The translations under genes were made by a program, and so were the position numbers. This document shows, piece by piece, positions 7,477 to 15,856 of a DNA stretch of 19,937 nt. The DNA is from Ignavibacteriaceae bacterium (GTDB lineage: Bacteria > Bacteroidota > Ignavibacteria > Ignavibacteriales > Ignavibacteriaceae): contig DATKLQ010000476.1 in the NCBI GenBank assembly GCA_035542335.1, positions 1 to 19,937 of the forward strand, written 5' to 3'. The notes beneath the pieces are model-generated. The model searched no databases, was not told the DNA's origin, and was given only the letters and a program-made list of their open reading frames with translations. The first letter of the stretch is position 1. Each line of letters begins with the position of its first letter.

Positions 7477-9471
7477 TTAAGAGATTTTTTTCCCTTCTAA
7501 AAACTTCATAATTGACGCCGCAAGTCCGTCCAGTGAACCATTCCCGCCCGCAACCAGAATATCAGGCATAATCTTTTTATCGCCTTTCATTACTGCATCA
7601 ATGGCGTTTACCAAGGTAGTGCTCTGCTCGCCGATGGCTTTCCTTAATTCTTCGGCAGCTTTGGCCCTTGCTAACCCGACTGCCTCTATTTCAGCACCCT
7701 TGGCTTTTCCTGTTTCACTTACATAATAGGAATCACCCCTTCCCTCGGCTTCCTTTTTATATTGATAAGCTTCGGCCTGGATCTTTACCTGTGCTGCTTC
7801 ATTCTTTTTGATATCTACGTTTACGGCAGATTTCGCCAGTTCTGCCTGCATATCCGCAGTACCTTTGGCTTTTTCGGTTGAAATTCTTTGTTGCTGTGCC
7901 TCTTCCTTTTTCTTATATGTCTGTATTTCCTGGTTTGCTATTTCTCTTTGAGTAAGAACCTGGACAAGCTCCTCCGGGAGAACTACATCCTGTATATATA
8001 CTCCTCTTGTCTCAACATTATAATCTTTTAGCTTTGTTTCTATATAATCGGTAGCAGCAGTTTGAATTTCATTTCTTTTTTCAATGAATGAAATTGCAGG
8101 CATAGACTGAAGCTTATCGCGGAAATGATTTCCTACAGCAGCTTGCAGCACTTCATTTACCAGGTTTCTTACTGAACCAACCATTGATATGACTTTTGAA
8201 GCCTGGGTATCTGGAATATGGATCTGAACCTGGAGATCGATCTTAAATATAAATCCCTCTCTTGATTTAGCGACTATTTGTTTGAGATTTTGATCTAAAT
8301 TGTGCGCCTGAGATGAAGCATCAGCCCAGTTGAGATTAAGGATAGCTGTTGGAACTATTTCTGCTTTATAACAATGTGAATTCAGGGGATATTTGCCGGT
8401 CCTGAGTGCTTCTCTCCAGATACCCCTGTGTCCCGGCCTTACAATGGAACCGAACTTAAATTCTTCGCCCGAAGTATCCTGCGAAGGTAAGCCGACATAA
8501 GATTTTATAACTGCAACTTGACCCTGTTCAATAACAAGCATGGGTGCAATTTCAACGTTTACCAAAAAAGGATTTAAATTGTACATTCCGTACAGGAGCG
8601 GATCATGCTGAAGCCCTATTCTGCCGCCGTTGTCAATGAAGGACTGAAAATCCTGGTAGTTGTTATGCACTGAATTTTTGTTGCCTAGAATGGTTTCCGT
8701 CAAAGATAAATCGGTTGTGCCTTGAATGCTCTCAAGCTTATAAATATCTTCAAAACCGCCAAGCCGGCTTGCAATATCTCCTGACGAAAGAGGATCGCCG
8801 TCATTAACGGTTACAATTCCGATGACGTCAATCGCTCGCTTATTTTCATCAAGCCTAGGTTCAATTAATACTACATCCAGCTGGGAAGGCTTTAGTCCGA
8901 AAGCTTCCGGGGCTAAAACACCGTTCTTTCTATCAGCAAGTTCCTGTAAATCAGGAGCGATAGGTAAACCGTACGTTTGTTTTTTGGTTATCACCAGGAA
9001 ACCTACCGGATGAATAGGCAGCAGTGATCCGGGAGGAAGTACTGGCCTCTGAACTCCTTTCTGTCCCCCTTTTGAAATAAATTCCTTTATATTAGAAAAA
9101 TTACCGAACTCTTTTTTATAAACTGCCGACTTTGCACCAATCGGCAAAGGCCGTCCAACTTGAGAAATAACAACTCCGATTTCCCCTGCAGGAACCTGCA
9201 CCCAAGGGTATTTCTCTACATGGTAGACCGGCCAAAGCTTGAACCTCAGGCCTGGCATAAGGAGCTCTTCCTGATAGCCCGCTTCTCCATTAAAGGCAAT
9301 AGGATTATCCTCGGTAAGTTTCGAATATGAAAATCTTTTATTTACTAATCCGATTTCGGTAGGTCCTATGCTTATAAAGGATTTAAATAAGCTTATTGTC
9401 AGATATAATAAGACTATAAGATATAATAGGAATAGAATTGTATTCTCAATTCCAAAAAGACTGTTTTCCAT
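7477..9471 (-). CDS. flotillin-like SPFH/band-7 domain membrane protein with C-terminal Ala/Glu/Lys-rich coiled coil
   Basis: 664 aa. N-terminal TM helix (ILFLLYLIVLLYLTISLF), then an SPFH-like region, then a flotillin-type coiled coil (EIANQEIQTYKKKEEAQQQRISTEKAKG...AQVKIQAEAYQYKKEAEG...ARAKAAEELRKA). C-terminus ILVAGGNGSLDGLAASIMKF. SD agaggaa lies upstream of the ATG at 9471. Confidence 0.7.
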   Translation of the reverse strand: MENSLFGIENTILFLLYLIVLLYLTISLFKSFISIGPTEIGLVNKRFSYSKLTEDNPIAFNGEAGYQEELLMPGLRFKLWPVYHVEKYPWVQVPAGEIGVVISQVGRPLPIGAKSAVYKKEFGNFSNIKEFISKGGQKGVQRPVLPPGSLLPIHPVGFLVITKKQTYGLPIAPDLQELADRKNGVLAPEAFGLKPSQLDVVLIEPRLDENKRAIDVIGIVTVNDGDPLSSGDIASRLGGFEDIYKLESIQGTTDLSLTETILGNKNSVHNNYQDFQSFIDNGGRIGLQHDPLLYGMYNLNPFLVNVEIAPMLVIEQGQVAVIKSYVGLPSQDTSGEEFKFGSIVRPGHRGIWREALRTGKYPLNSHCYKAEIVPTAILNLNWADASSQAHNLDQNLKQIVAKSREGFIFKIDLQVQIHIPDTQASKVISMVGSVRNLVNEVLQAAVGNHFRDKLQSMPAISFIEKRNEIQTAATDYIETKLKDYNVETRGVYIQDVVLPEELVQVLTQREIANQEIQTYKKKEEAQQQRISTEKAKGTADMQAELAKSAVNVDIKKNEAAQVKIQAEAYQYKKEAEGRGDSYYVSETGKAKGAEIEAVGLARAKAAEELRKAIGEQSTTLVNAIDAVMKGDKKIMPDILVAGGNGSLDGLAASIMKFLEGKKIS

Positions 9472-9863
9472 AGGATTCCTCTTAAGATAATCTTTAAATT
9501 TAAATTACTCCGGCTACGCTTCCCCGAATCTTGCAGCATTACCCCGGCCCGGAAAAAAGGAGTAAACGTGGACAAGATGATTAGAAAATTAAGATGCTCA
9601 ACTAAAAGAATCAATAAATTAATTAATTTGATTCCCTTTGTAATTTTTATAAAGTTGATTTGATGAGTAAACAATTCTAAGTGTTAAAAAATTGAATGAA
9701 ACATTCCCTTCTTTTATTCATTTTGATGGTAAAAGCAAATTTTTAAACACGCAAATAAAGCAGCAGCTATTAAGAACTTGGTAAGATTTGCAACTTATAT
9801 AATCTTATAAAAAACAATTAAAGAAAGTTAAAAAAAATGAAGGAGATAAGCAGAAGATTATTC

Positions 9864-9900
9864 AAAAAAATCCTCCGTATAAATTACGGAGGATTAAAAA
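9864..9900 (-). terminator. rho-independent terminator of the lipoprotein gene (reads on minus strand)
   Basis: 10-bp perfect stem atcctccgta/tacggaggat with a 5-nt loop. On the minus-strand transcript it is followed by UUUUUUU (A7 on the plus strand at 9864-9870). It lies immediately 3' of the stop at 9904-9906. Confidence 0.75.
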
Positions 9901-9903
9901 TCA

Positions 9904-10314
9904 TTATGGAGTGACTGCACCGTCGTCTTCTTCAAGAGATTCGTTAGTTGAGAGTGTAGCATAAATTTTATACTCTCCGTTTATAAATGTGCTTGAATAT
10001 AAAATTAATATCTTTGTCCCCGCAGCTATTTTTACTGTCCCGGTTAAATCGCCTACCGCCGAAGAAGAAATGGCATTCCCGGGTATTGCATAGGTTGTGG
10101 AGTATTCAAAAACACCTTTGGGGAGCTCTCTTAATGTTACTACCTGCTCATGCCCGCTGGGCGCTCCTGGTACAGTAATAACTTCACCTCTAAAATTAAA
10201 GTGCAATTCACCTATGGCAAGATTTCTTAATTCAATGCTGTTGTTAACCTTCGAAGAGCAACCCAACCCGAAGGAAAAAAGTACTAAAGAGGAAAATATT
10301 AATAATTTTTTCAT
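9904..10314 (-). CDS. small lipoprotein of unknown function
   Basis: Chosen start is the internal ATG 10314 (M20 of the track ORF). Translation begins MKKLLIFSSLVLFSFGLGCSS, a signal peptide plus lipobox (LGC). The mature part is beta-rich, Gly/Thr/Ser-rich, about 115 aa. Confidence 0.65.
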   Translation of the reverse strand: MKKLLIFSSLVLFSFGLGCSSKVNNSIELRNLAIGELHFNFRGEVITVPGAPSGHEQVVTLRELPKGVFEYSTTYAIPGNAISSSAVGDLTGTVKIAAGTKILILYSSTFINGEYKIYATLSTNESLEEDDGAVTP

Positions 10315-10618
10315 GTTGTTCTCAAAAATATAGTTAATAAAACTATTGATTTTGAACAAGTATAGTGCCACCTGCCTGCAAATTACAAAGGCATAAATAT
10401 TTTATTTTTCCATTCAGCCATGAAATATTAAATATTTTTCGTGTAGAAATTACCTTAATTTATTCTTTTTATACCCCCTGAATTCTGTGAAGCCCGTAGC
10501 TTTCTGTGTCTATGCGCTCCTTTATTTATATTTTCAGAAATATTAGTGAACGACACAATAGATATAAATTTTCTTTCAAAAATTGTTTTTTTTCTTGACT
10601 TTAGGCAAAAAAATGTAC

Positions 10619-10650
10619 AAGTTTGGGTCAAATTGTGGGGAAATGTGGTG
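10619..10650 (+). promoter_or_regulatory. candidate MraZ operator: three direct TGGGN-like repeats at about 10-12 bp spacing upstream of mraZ
   Basis: gtTTGGGTcaaatTGTGGGGaaaTGTGGTG lies about 25-55 bp upstream of the mraZ start. In E. coli and Firmicutes, MraZ binds a series of direct GTGGG/TGGGN repeats in the Pmra region. A -35-like TTGACT sits at about 10594-10599. Confidence 0.4.
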
Positions 10651-10674
10651 AATTATACCAAAAGGAATAATCGT

Positions 10675-11112
10675 TTGTTTAAAGGCCAGTTTTTATATTC
10701 TATAGATTCAAAGGGAAGAATAAGCATACCGGCTAAGCTTCGTAAAAACTTCTCTCCCGAAGCGAATGACAGCCTGGTTATGACGCAAGGTTTTGGAACC
10801 TGCATAGATATTTATCCTTATGATCAGTGGCAGCTGATAGAAGAAAAACTCTCCAAGTTAAATCAATTCAAGCCAAAGGATGTAATGTTCTTAAGGATGT
10901 TTCTTCAGTTTGCAGCCGAAGATTCTTTGGATTCGCAATCACGTGTGTTAATTCCACAAAATCTCCTTGATTATGCCAAAATAGAAAAAGAAGTGCTGAT
11001 ACTTGGAGCACTCAAGAAAATTGAAGTCTGGAATCCTAAATTATATGAAGAATATTTGAAGGAGTCAAAAGATACTTATGAGCAGATTGCTCAAGAAGTA
11101 ATGTCGTTATGA
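10675..11112 (+). CDS. mraZ: transcriptional regulator MraZ
   Basis: 145 aa from TTG (aaggaataatcgTTG, SD aagga 7 nt upstream). The canonical N-terminus MFKGQFLYSIDSKGRISIP is the first DxxxR-type MraZ repeat, and a second repeat lies around DSQSRVLIP. The longer track ORF (10546..) is 5' leader read-through. The coordinate is frame-derived and text indexing may be off by 1. Confidence 0.8.
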   Translation: MFKGQFLYSIDSKGRISIPAKLRKNFSPEANDSLVMTQGFGTCIDIYPYDQWQLIEEKLSKLNQFKPKDVMFLRMFLQFAAEDSLDSQSRVLIPQNLLDYAKIEKEVLILGALKKIEVWNPKLYEEYLKESKDTYEQIAQEVMSL

Positions 11113-12032
11113 ATAATCGTCATACTCCTGTGATGCTGGATGAATCTTTGGAGCTGCTCATTACGGATAAGGAGGCTGTTTATTTTGAAGGGACGGCAGG
11201 CTTCGGAGGGCATACATCGGAAATTTTATATCGCATCGGTAAATCCGGAAAGTTAATCGCAACTGATATTGACAAGGAGGCATTTAATTACTTAAAAAAA
11301 AAATTTAAGTCAGAAAGCAGATTGAAGCTTTATAATTTCAATTTCAATCAACTAGATATTATTGCAAAAATTGAATCGGAAAAATTTTTTAAGGGAATAT
11401 TTGCCGATCTGGGCGTATCATCATTTCAGCTCGATGAACCTGAAGCAGGATTCACTTACAGGGAAGATGCAAAACTTGATATGAGAATGGATAAGGAAAA
11501 GGTTGTTAATGCTGGAGATGTTATAAATTCTTTTTCGGAAGAAGATCTTTCGAGTATTTTTTTTAATTACGGGGAAGAGAGAAACTCGAAAAATATTGCT
11601 AGAATGATTTCCCGAAGAAGGACTCAAAAAAAAATTGAAACCACCGGGGAATTAAGCCGGTTAATTAGGGAGATTACGCCGAGAAAATATCATTTTAAAA
11701 CTTTATCCAGAGTTTTCCAGGCCTTGAGAATTTTCGTAAATGATGAACTGGACACATTAAGATCTTTCCTAGATAAATCCGTAAATCTGCTGGAGAAAGG
11801 AGGCAGAATTGTAATTCTGTCTTATCATTCATTAGAAGACGGAATTGTGAAAGAGAAATTCAAATATGAAAACCTCAGTTGTATTTGTCCCAAAGATGCT
11901 CCGGTTTGTACCTGCGGTAAAACTCAGCGTCTTAAGATATTGACGAAGAAACCGCTCACCCCTGGTGATGAGGAAGTAAAAAAAAATTTCAGGTCTAGAA
12001 GCGCTAAGCTGAGGGCAGCCGAGAAAATATGA
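11109..12032 (+). CDS. rsmH: 16S rRNA (cytosine1402-N4)-methyltransferase
   Basis: 307 aa. HTPVMLDE...GTAGFGGHT...DLGVSSFQLDEPE.GF....DA.LDMRMD are canonical RsmH/MraW motifs. ATGA overlap with mraZ. Confidence 0.9.
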   Translation: MNNRHTPVMLDESLELLITDKEAVYFEGTAGFGGHTSEILYRIGKSGKLIATDIDKEAFNYLKKKFKSESRLKLYNFNFNQLDIIAKIESEKFFKGIFADLGVSSFQLDEPEAGFTYREDAKLDMRMDKEKVVNAGDVINSFSEEDLSSIFFNYGEERNSKNIARMISRRRTQKKIETTGELSRLIREITPRKYHFKTLSRVFQALRIFVNDELDTLRSFLDKSVNLLEKGGRIVILSYHSLEDGIVKEKFKYENLSCICPKDAPVCTCGKTQRLKILTKKPLTPGDEEVKKNFRSRSAKLRAAEKI

Positions 12033-12358
12033 AAAAAAGTTCAAAACCGTTTATTGCTTTGAGCTTAATAATTTTTGTTGGCGCAACTTTTTTAATTCTT
12101 TCCTATGTCGGGATAAAACTCGAGTGTGAAATGCTGCTTAAGGAGAAGGTTTTGACCGAAGAAAAGCTTAATGCTAAAAAAAATTGGCATGTTAATCTTG
12201 TTGCGCAGCTTCAGTACCTGTGTACGAAGGAAAGAATAGTGGAAATTGCTAAAAATGAACTTGGGATGATTGAGAAAACCGATAGCGATTCAATAATTAT
12301 TGTAAGTATAGATAAGATTAAGAGAATAGCTGAAGCGTTGGATCACGAAAATGATTAA
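12029..12358 (+). CDS. ftsL: cell division protein FtsL-like (single-TM, coiled-coil)
   Basis: 109 aa with one N-terminal TM helix (FIALSLIIFVGATFLILSYVGI) followed by a helical region. Position between rsmH and ftsI supports the call. ATGA overlap with rsmH. Confidence 0.65.
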   Translation: MKKSSKPFIALSLIIFVGATFLILSYVGIKLECEMLLKEKVLTEEKLNAKKNWHVNLVAQLQYLCTKERIVEIAKNELGMIEKTDSDSIIIVSIDKIKRIAEALDHEND

Positions 12359-14387
12359 TTCAAGAGCTGTAATAATTATAGTATTTATATTCTTAGGCTT
12401 TACTCTTATTATTTCAAAGCTTGTGGAAATTCAGCTGATTAATCATGAAGAGTATAAATACCTTGCAGATAAACAGCAGACAAAGCTGGAAAAAATTCAG
12501 GCAGAGCGGGGATTAGTGTATGACAGAAATTATACCCTGCTGGTTTATAACCGGAATGATATTTCATTCTATGTCGATTTGAGGATGCTCTCCAAGGAAG
12601 GTAAGGAAAAAATTGCCGGAAAGTTCTCGTCCGTTTTCGGCAAAAGCGAAACCTACTACATAAGACTAATGAGTAAAAAACCCGGCACTGTATGCATTGA
12701 GAAAAAAGCCCCCAGTGAAAAAGCTTTGGCTCTAAAAAATTTTAAAGTACCCGGATTGTTTTACAGGGAGGACCCGACTAGAGTTTATAACTATGATCGT
12801 CTCGCGTCTCATTTATTAGGATTTGTAAATTATGAGTATCACGGCGTTGCTGGGTTAGAAAGTAGTTACGAGGATGTCTTGAAGGGGGAAGACGGAATAA
12901 GACTTGTAGAGAAAAGTGCGATCGGCGATATGGTTACCGTTTCGGAAGAGCAGACAAAGCCTCCTATCGCCGGTGATAACCTTGTCTTAACAATTGATAA
13001 AACTTACCAGCAGATAATTGAGGATGAACTCGTAAAAGCTTTGAAAGACTACGAGGCATATTCGGCAGTCGGAATAATTATGAGTCCTCATAACGGAGAT
13101 ATATTGGCTCTGGCCTGCGAAAATGATTATGATCCGAATAACTATTGGGAATTTAGCGACGAACAAAGAAGAAACAAGGCGCTTACAGATACTTATGAAC
13201 CGGGATCGACATTTAAACCTTTTGTGGTTTCCGCTATCCTTGATCAGAACCTCTGCAGGGAAAATGAAATCTTTTTTCTCGAAAACGGCAGATACAGGTA
13301 TAAGAATGTTTATATAAGCGATACTCACAAAAAAGATTATCTTAACGTTAAAGGAATAGTTGAGTGGTCGAGCAATATAGGGATGTCGAAGCTGGTGCAG
13401 AGAATTAATAATGAAAGTTTTTATAAATACCTGCGGGGTTTTGGATTTGGGAGCTATACTTCAATTGAACTCCCCGGCGAGGCCAAAGGCTTGCTGAAAA
13501 AACCTGAGGAGTGGTCTGCAATTACCAAGCCCTTTATGGCCTTTGGCTATGAACTTTCCGTCACCCCGGTCCAGCTAATAACTGCATTTTCTGCTCTAAT
13601 AAACGGTGGAATATTATATTATCCTCAAGTGATTAAGGAACAGATTTCCGGCAGCGGGGAAATTATTTTTGAAAAGAGACCTGTACAGGTAAGAAAAATT
13701 ATTTCCGAGGAAACATCCGAAAGAATAAAAAAGATCCTTACCTCCGTTGTTGAAGAAGGCACCGGCCAAAATGCAAAGCTTGATTTCCTTAGTGCTGGAG
13801 GGAAAACCGGTACCGCACAGCAATTAATAGAGGGAAGTTATTCAAGCACCCAGTATAATTCGTCATTCATCGGTTTTTTTCCTGCTGAAAACCCGGAGGC
13901 TGTCTGCCTTATTCTTATAAATTCTCCGAAAATTGGGAAATACGGCGGATTGGTTGCGGCTCCTGTTTTCAAAAAGGTTGCTGAGAGAATTATTAAATCC
14001 TATCCGGATCAATTTAGAATAAATCGAAGCATACAAAGTACTAAAATTACAGGCGGCGAAAACGAGTCAAGCAGAGGAGGGATGGTAAAGGTATCTGAAG
14101 ATGATTTGGGAAATACAAATCCTTCTTCAATAAAAACATCTGTCAAGGAGAATAATTACCAGGATGAAATACCGGAAATCAAAAGCTCTGATGTCATGCC
14201 CGATCTTACTAACTATAATTTGAGAAATGCTATTTTGGTGCTGTCTAAATTGGGTATAGGATTTAAAATAAACGGTTCAGGAAGAATAATAAGCCAGAGT
14301 ATTCAGCCCGGACAAAAAATCCGCAAAGGGATCACCTGTGAACTGGTATGCAGGGAATCAGAAATTAATGGGACGGTTGTTTATTGA
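12351..14387 (+). CDS. ftsI: peptidoglycan D,D-transpeptidase FtsI (class B PBP) with C-terminal PASTA domain
   Basis: 678 aa. N-terminal TM helix and PBP dimerisation region. Transpeptidase motifs SxxK (GSTFKP), SxN (WSSN) and KTG (GKTGTA). A low-complexity linker precedes the final ~65 aa (MPDLTNYNLRNAILVLSKLGIGFKINGSGRIISQSIQPGQKIRKGITCELV), which match PASTA. Confidence 0.9.
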   Translation: MINSRAVIIIVFIFLGFTLIISKLVEIQLINHEEYKYLADKQQTKLEKIQAERGLVYDRNYTLLVYNRNDISFYVDLRMLSKEGKEKIAGKFSSVFGKSETYYIRLMSKKPGTVCIEKKAPSEKALALKNFKVPGLFYREDPTRVYNYDRLASHLLGFVNYEYHGVAGLESSYEDVLKGEDGIRLVEKSAIGDMVTVSEEQTKPPIAGDNLVLTIDKTYQQIIEDELVKALKDYEAYSAVGIIMSPHNGDILALACENDYDPNNYWEFSDEQRRNKALTDTYEPGSTFKPFVVSAILDQNLCRENEIFFLENGRYRYKNVYISDTHKKDYLNVKGIVEWSSNIGMSKLVQRINNESFYKYLRGFGFGSYTSIELPGEAKGLLKKPEEWSAITKPFMAFGYELSVTPVQLITAFSALINGGILYYPQVIKEQISGSGEIIFEKRPVQVRKIISEETSERIKKILTSVVEEGTGQNAKLDFLSAGGKTGTAQQLIEGSYSSTQYNSSFIGFFPAENPEAVCLILINSPKIGKYGGLVAAPVFKKVAERIIKSYPDQFRINRSIQSTKITGGENESSRGGMVKVSEDDLGNTNPSSIKTSVKENNYQDEIPEIKSSDVMPDLTNYNLRNAILVLSKLGIGFKINGSGRIISQSIQPGQKIRKGITCELVCRESEINGTVVY

Positions 14388-15856
14388 TGGAACTGACTGA
14401 ATTATTAAACGGCGTGCATGCAATTCAGGTTGTCGGGGAAGTGCAGAGAAAGGACGTGGCGGGGATTTTTTATGACTCCAGAAAAGTATTGCAGAATTCC
14501 GTTTTTGTAGCAGTAAAAGGATATAATACCGACGGGCATAAATTCATCCTGGATGCGCTGAATAAAGGCGCGATTGCAGTTGTTCTTGAAGATAAAAATG
14601 CGGTTCCTGACGAAATATTTATTCATGAAAGCAAAGCGAAGATTCTGGTTCATAACAGCCGTACTGCACTTGCGGAGTTATCAAATTACCTTTTTAAAGA
14701 GCCTTCAAAAAAACTCAAGCTTATCGGGATTACAGGAACTAACGGTAAGACAACGACATCTTATTTTCTGAAAAATATCTTTGAAACTGCCGGATTCAAA
14801 ACCGGTTTGGTGGGAACTATAGCTAACTACATCGGAAATAAAAAGATAGATTCCAAATTGACTACACCCGAGTCAAATGATTTAAATGAAATGCTTCTCG
14901 CAATGTATAACCAGGGATGCAGTCATGCGGTTATGGAAGTATCTTCTCATTCTCTTGTATTAAACCGGGTAGTTAATCTCTATTTCAGCGAAGCCGTATT
15001 CACAAATATCACATCCGATCATCTCGATTTCCACGGGAACTTTGAGAATTACTTTAAAGCAAAAAAAATTTTATTTGATTCTTTAAGCTCCGGATCCAAT
15101 ATTATAAGCAACGCGGATGATATCAACGGAAAGTCAATTACTAAAGATTCAAAAGCTAAAACTTTTTTTTACGGAACTTCGGAAGACGCCGAGTTTTTAA
15201 TGAAGAATATTCGCTTTAATCTACAGGGTACTTTCTTTGAGATCTCTTATGGAAAAAAGAATTATTTGGTTGAAACTTCCTTGATCGGCGAATTTAATGC
15301 TTACAATGCTTGTGCCGCATTTGCAGCCTCGGTTCTTTCCGGCATCGATGAGAAGATTGCTCTGAAAGGGATTAAGACTGCAAAATATGTCCCGGGAAGA
15401 TTTGAGGTAGTCCGGAAAAATAATAAAAAAGTAATCATTGACTATTCTCATACTGCTGACAGTCTTCAAAAGGCACTTCAGGCGGTTCATAAAATTAATA
15501 AGGATAAGAATCCTGTTTATACCGTATTCGGCTGTGGCGGGAACAGGGATAAAACTAAGCGCCCGGTTATGGGAAAAATTGCCTCGGAACTAAGCGATAA
15601 AGTATTTATAACTTCCGATAATCCGAGATTCGAGGATCCCCTTGCTATAATCAGTGAAATAGAAAAAGGAATCTCGAAAAAAAATTATCAGGTCATTGAG
15701 AACAGAGAGGAAGCAATAAAAAAATCTATTGAAAGCTCCAAGGATAATGCGGTAATCCTAATTGCCGGTAAAGGTCATGAAAACTACCAGGAGGTAAAAG
15801 GTATCAGGAATCATTTCTCCGATAGGGAGATTGCGGAAAAATATTTATTTAAATGA
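14387..15856 (+). CDS. murE: UDP-N-acetylmuramoyl-L-alanyl-D-glutamate--2,6-diaminopimelate ligase
   Basis: Mur ligase P-loop GITGTNGKTTTSYF and the DNPR motif (ITSDNPRFEDP) diagnostic of meso-DAP-adding MurE. TGATG overlap with the ftsI stop (ATG 14387; the track ORF begins at TTG 14384). Confidence 0.9.
   Translation: MELTELLNGVHAIQVVGEVQRKDVAGIFYDSRKVLQNSVFVAVKGYNTDGHKFILDALNKGAIAVVLEDKNAVPDEIFIHESKAKILVHNSRTALAELSNYLFKEPSKKLKLIGITGTNGKTTTSYFLKNIFETAGFKTGLVGTIANYIGNKKIDSKLTTPESNDLNEMLLAMYNQGCSHAVMEVSSHSLVLNRVVNLYFSEAVFTNITSDHLDFHGNFENYFKAKKILFDSLSSGSNIISNADDINGKSITKDSKAKTFFYGTSEDAEFLMKNIRFNLQGTFFEISYGKKNYLVETSLIGEFNAYNACAAFAASVLSGIDEKIALKGIKTAKYVPGRFEVVRKNNKKVIIDYSHTADSLQKALQAVHKINKDKNPVYTVFGCGGNRDKTKRPVMGKIASELSDKVFITSDNPRFEDPLAIISEIEKGISKKNYQVIENREEAIKKSIESSKDNAVILIAGKGHENYQEVKGIRNHFSDREIAEKYLFK

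Noticed and set aside
9509-9572. GC-rich island considered as a tRNA or other structured RNA gene
   Set aside because: It has no cloverleaf-compatible stems and no T-loop (GTTCGAATC-like) motif. Complementary G/C runs are absent (only direct ccccg repeats and self-palindromic ccgg). It is kept only as a low-confidence regulatory observation.
9414-9674. 86-aa minus-strand ORF spanning the flotillin start and GC-rich island
   Set aside because: It overlaps the 5' end of the flotillin CDS in another frame and has no SD. The GC island is treated as non-coding.
10546-10674. 43-aa N-terminal extension of the mraZ track ORF (MNDTIDINFLSKIVFFLDFRQKNVQVWVKLWGNVVNYTKRNNRL)
   Set aside because: It precedes the canonical MraZ N-terminus (MFKGQF...), which has its own SD at correct spacing. 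The extension overlaps the -35-like box and the TGGGN repeats, so it is leader/promoter DNA rather than coding.
12987-13328. 113-aa antisense ORF inside ftsI (and similar antisense ORFs within murE, murF, rsmH, pgeF and the flotillin gene)
   Set aside because: All are embedded antisense in genes with unambiguous conserved-motif support. This is typical spurious ORFs of an AT-rich genome.
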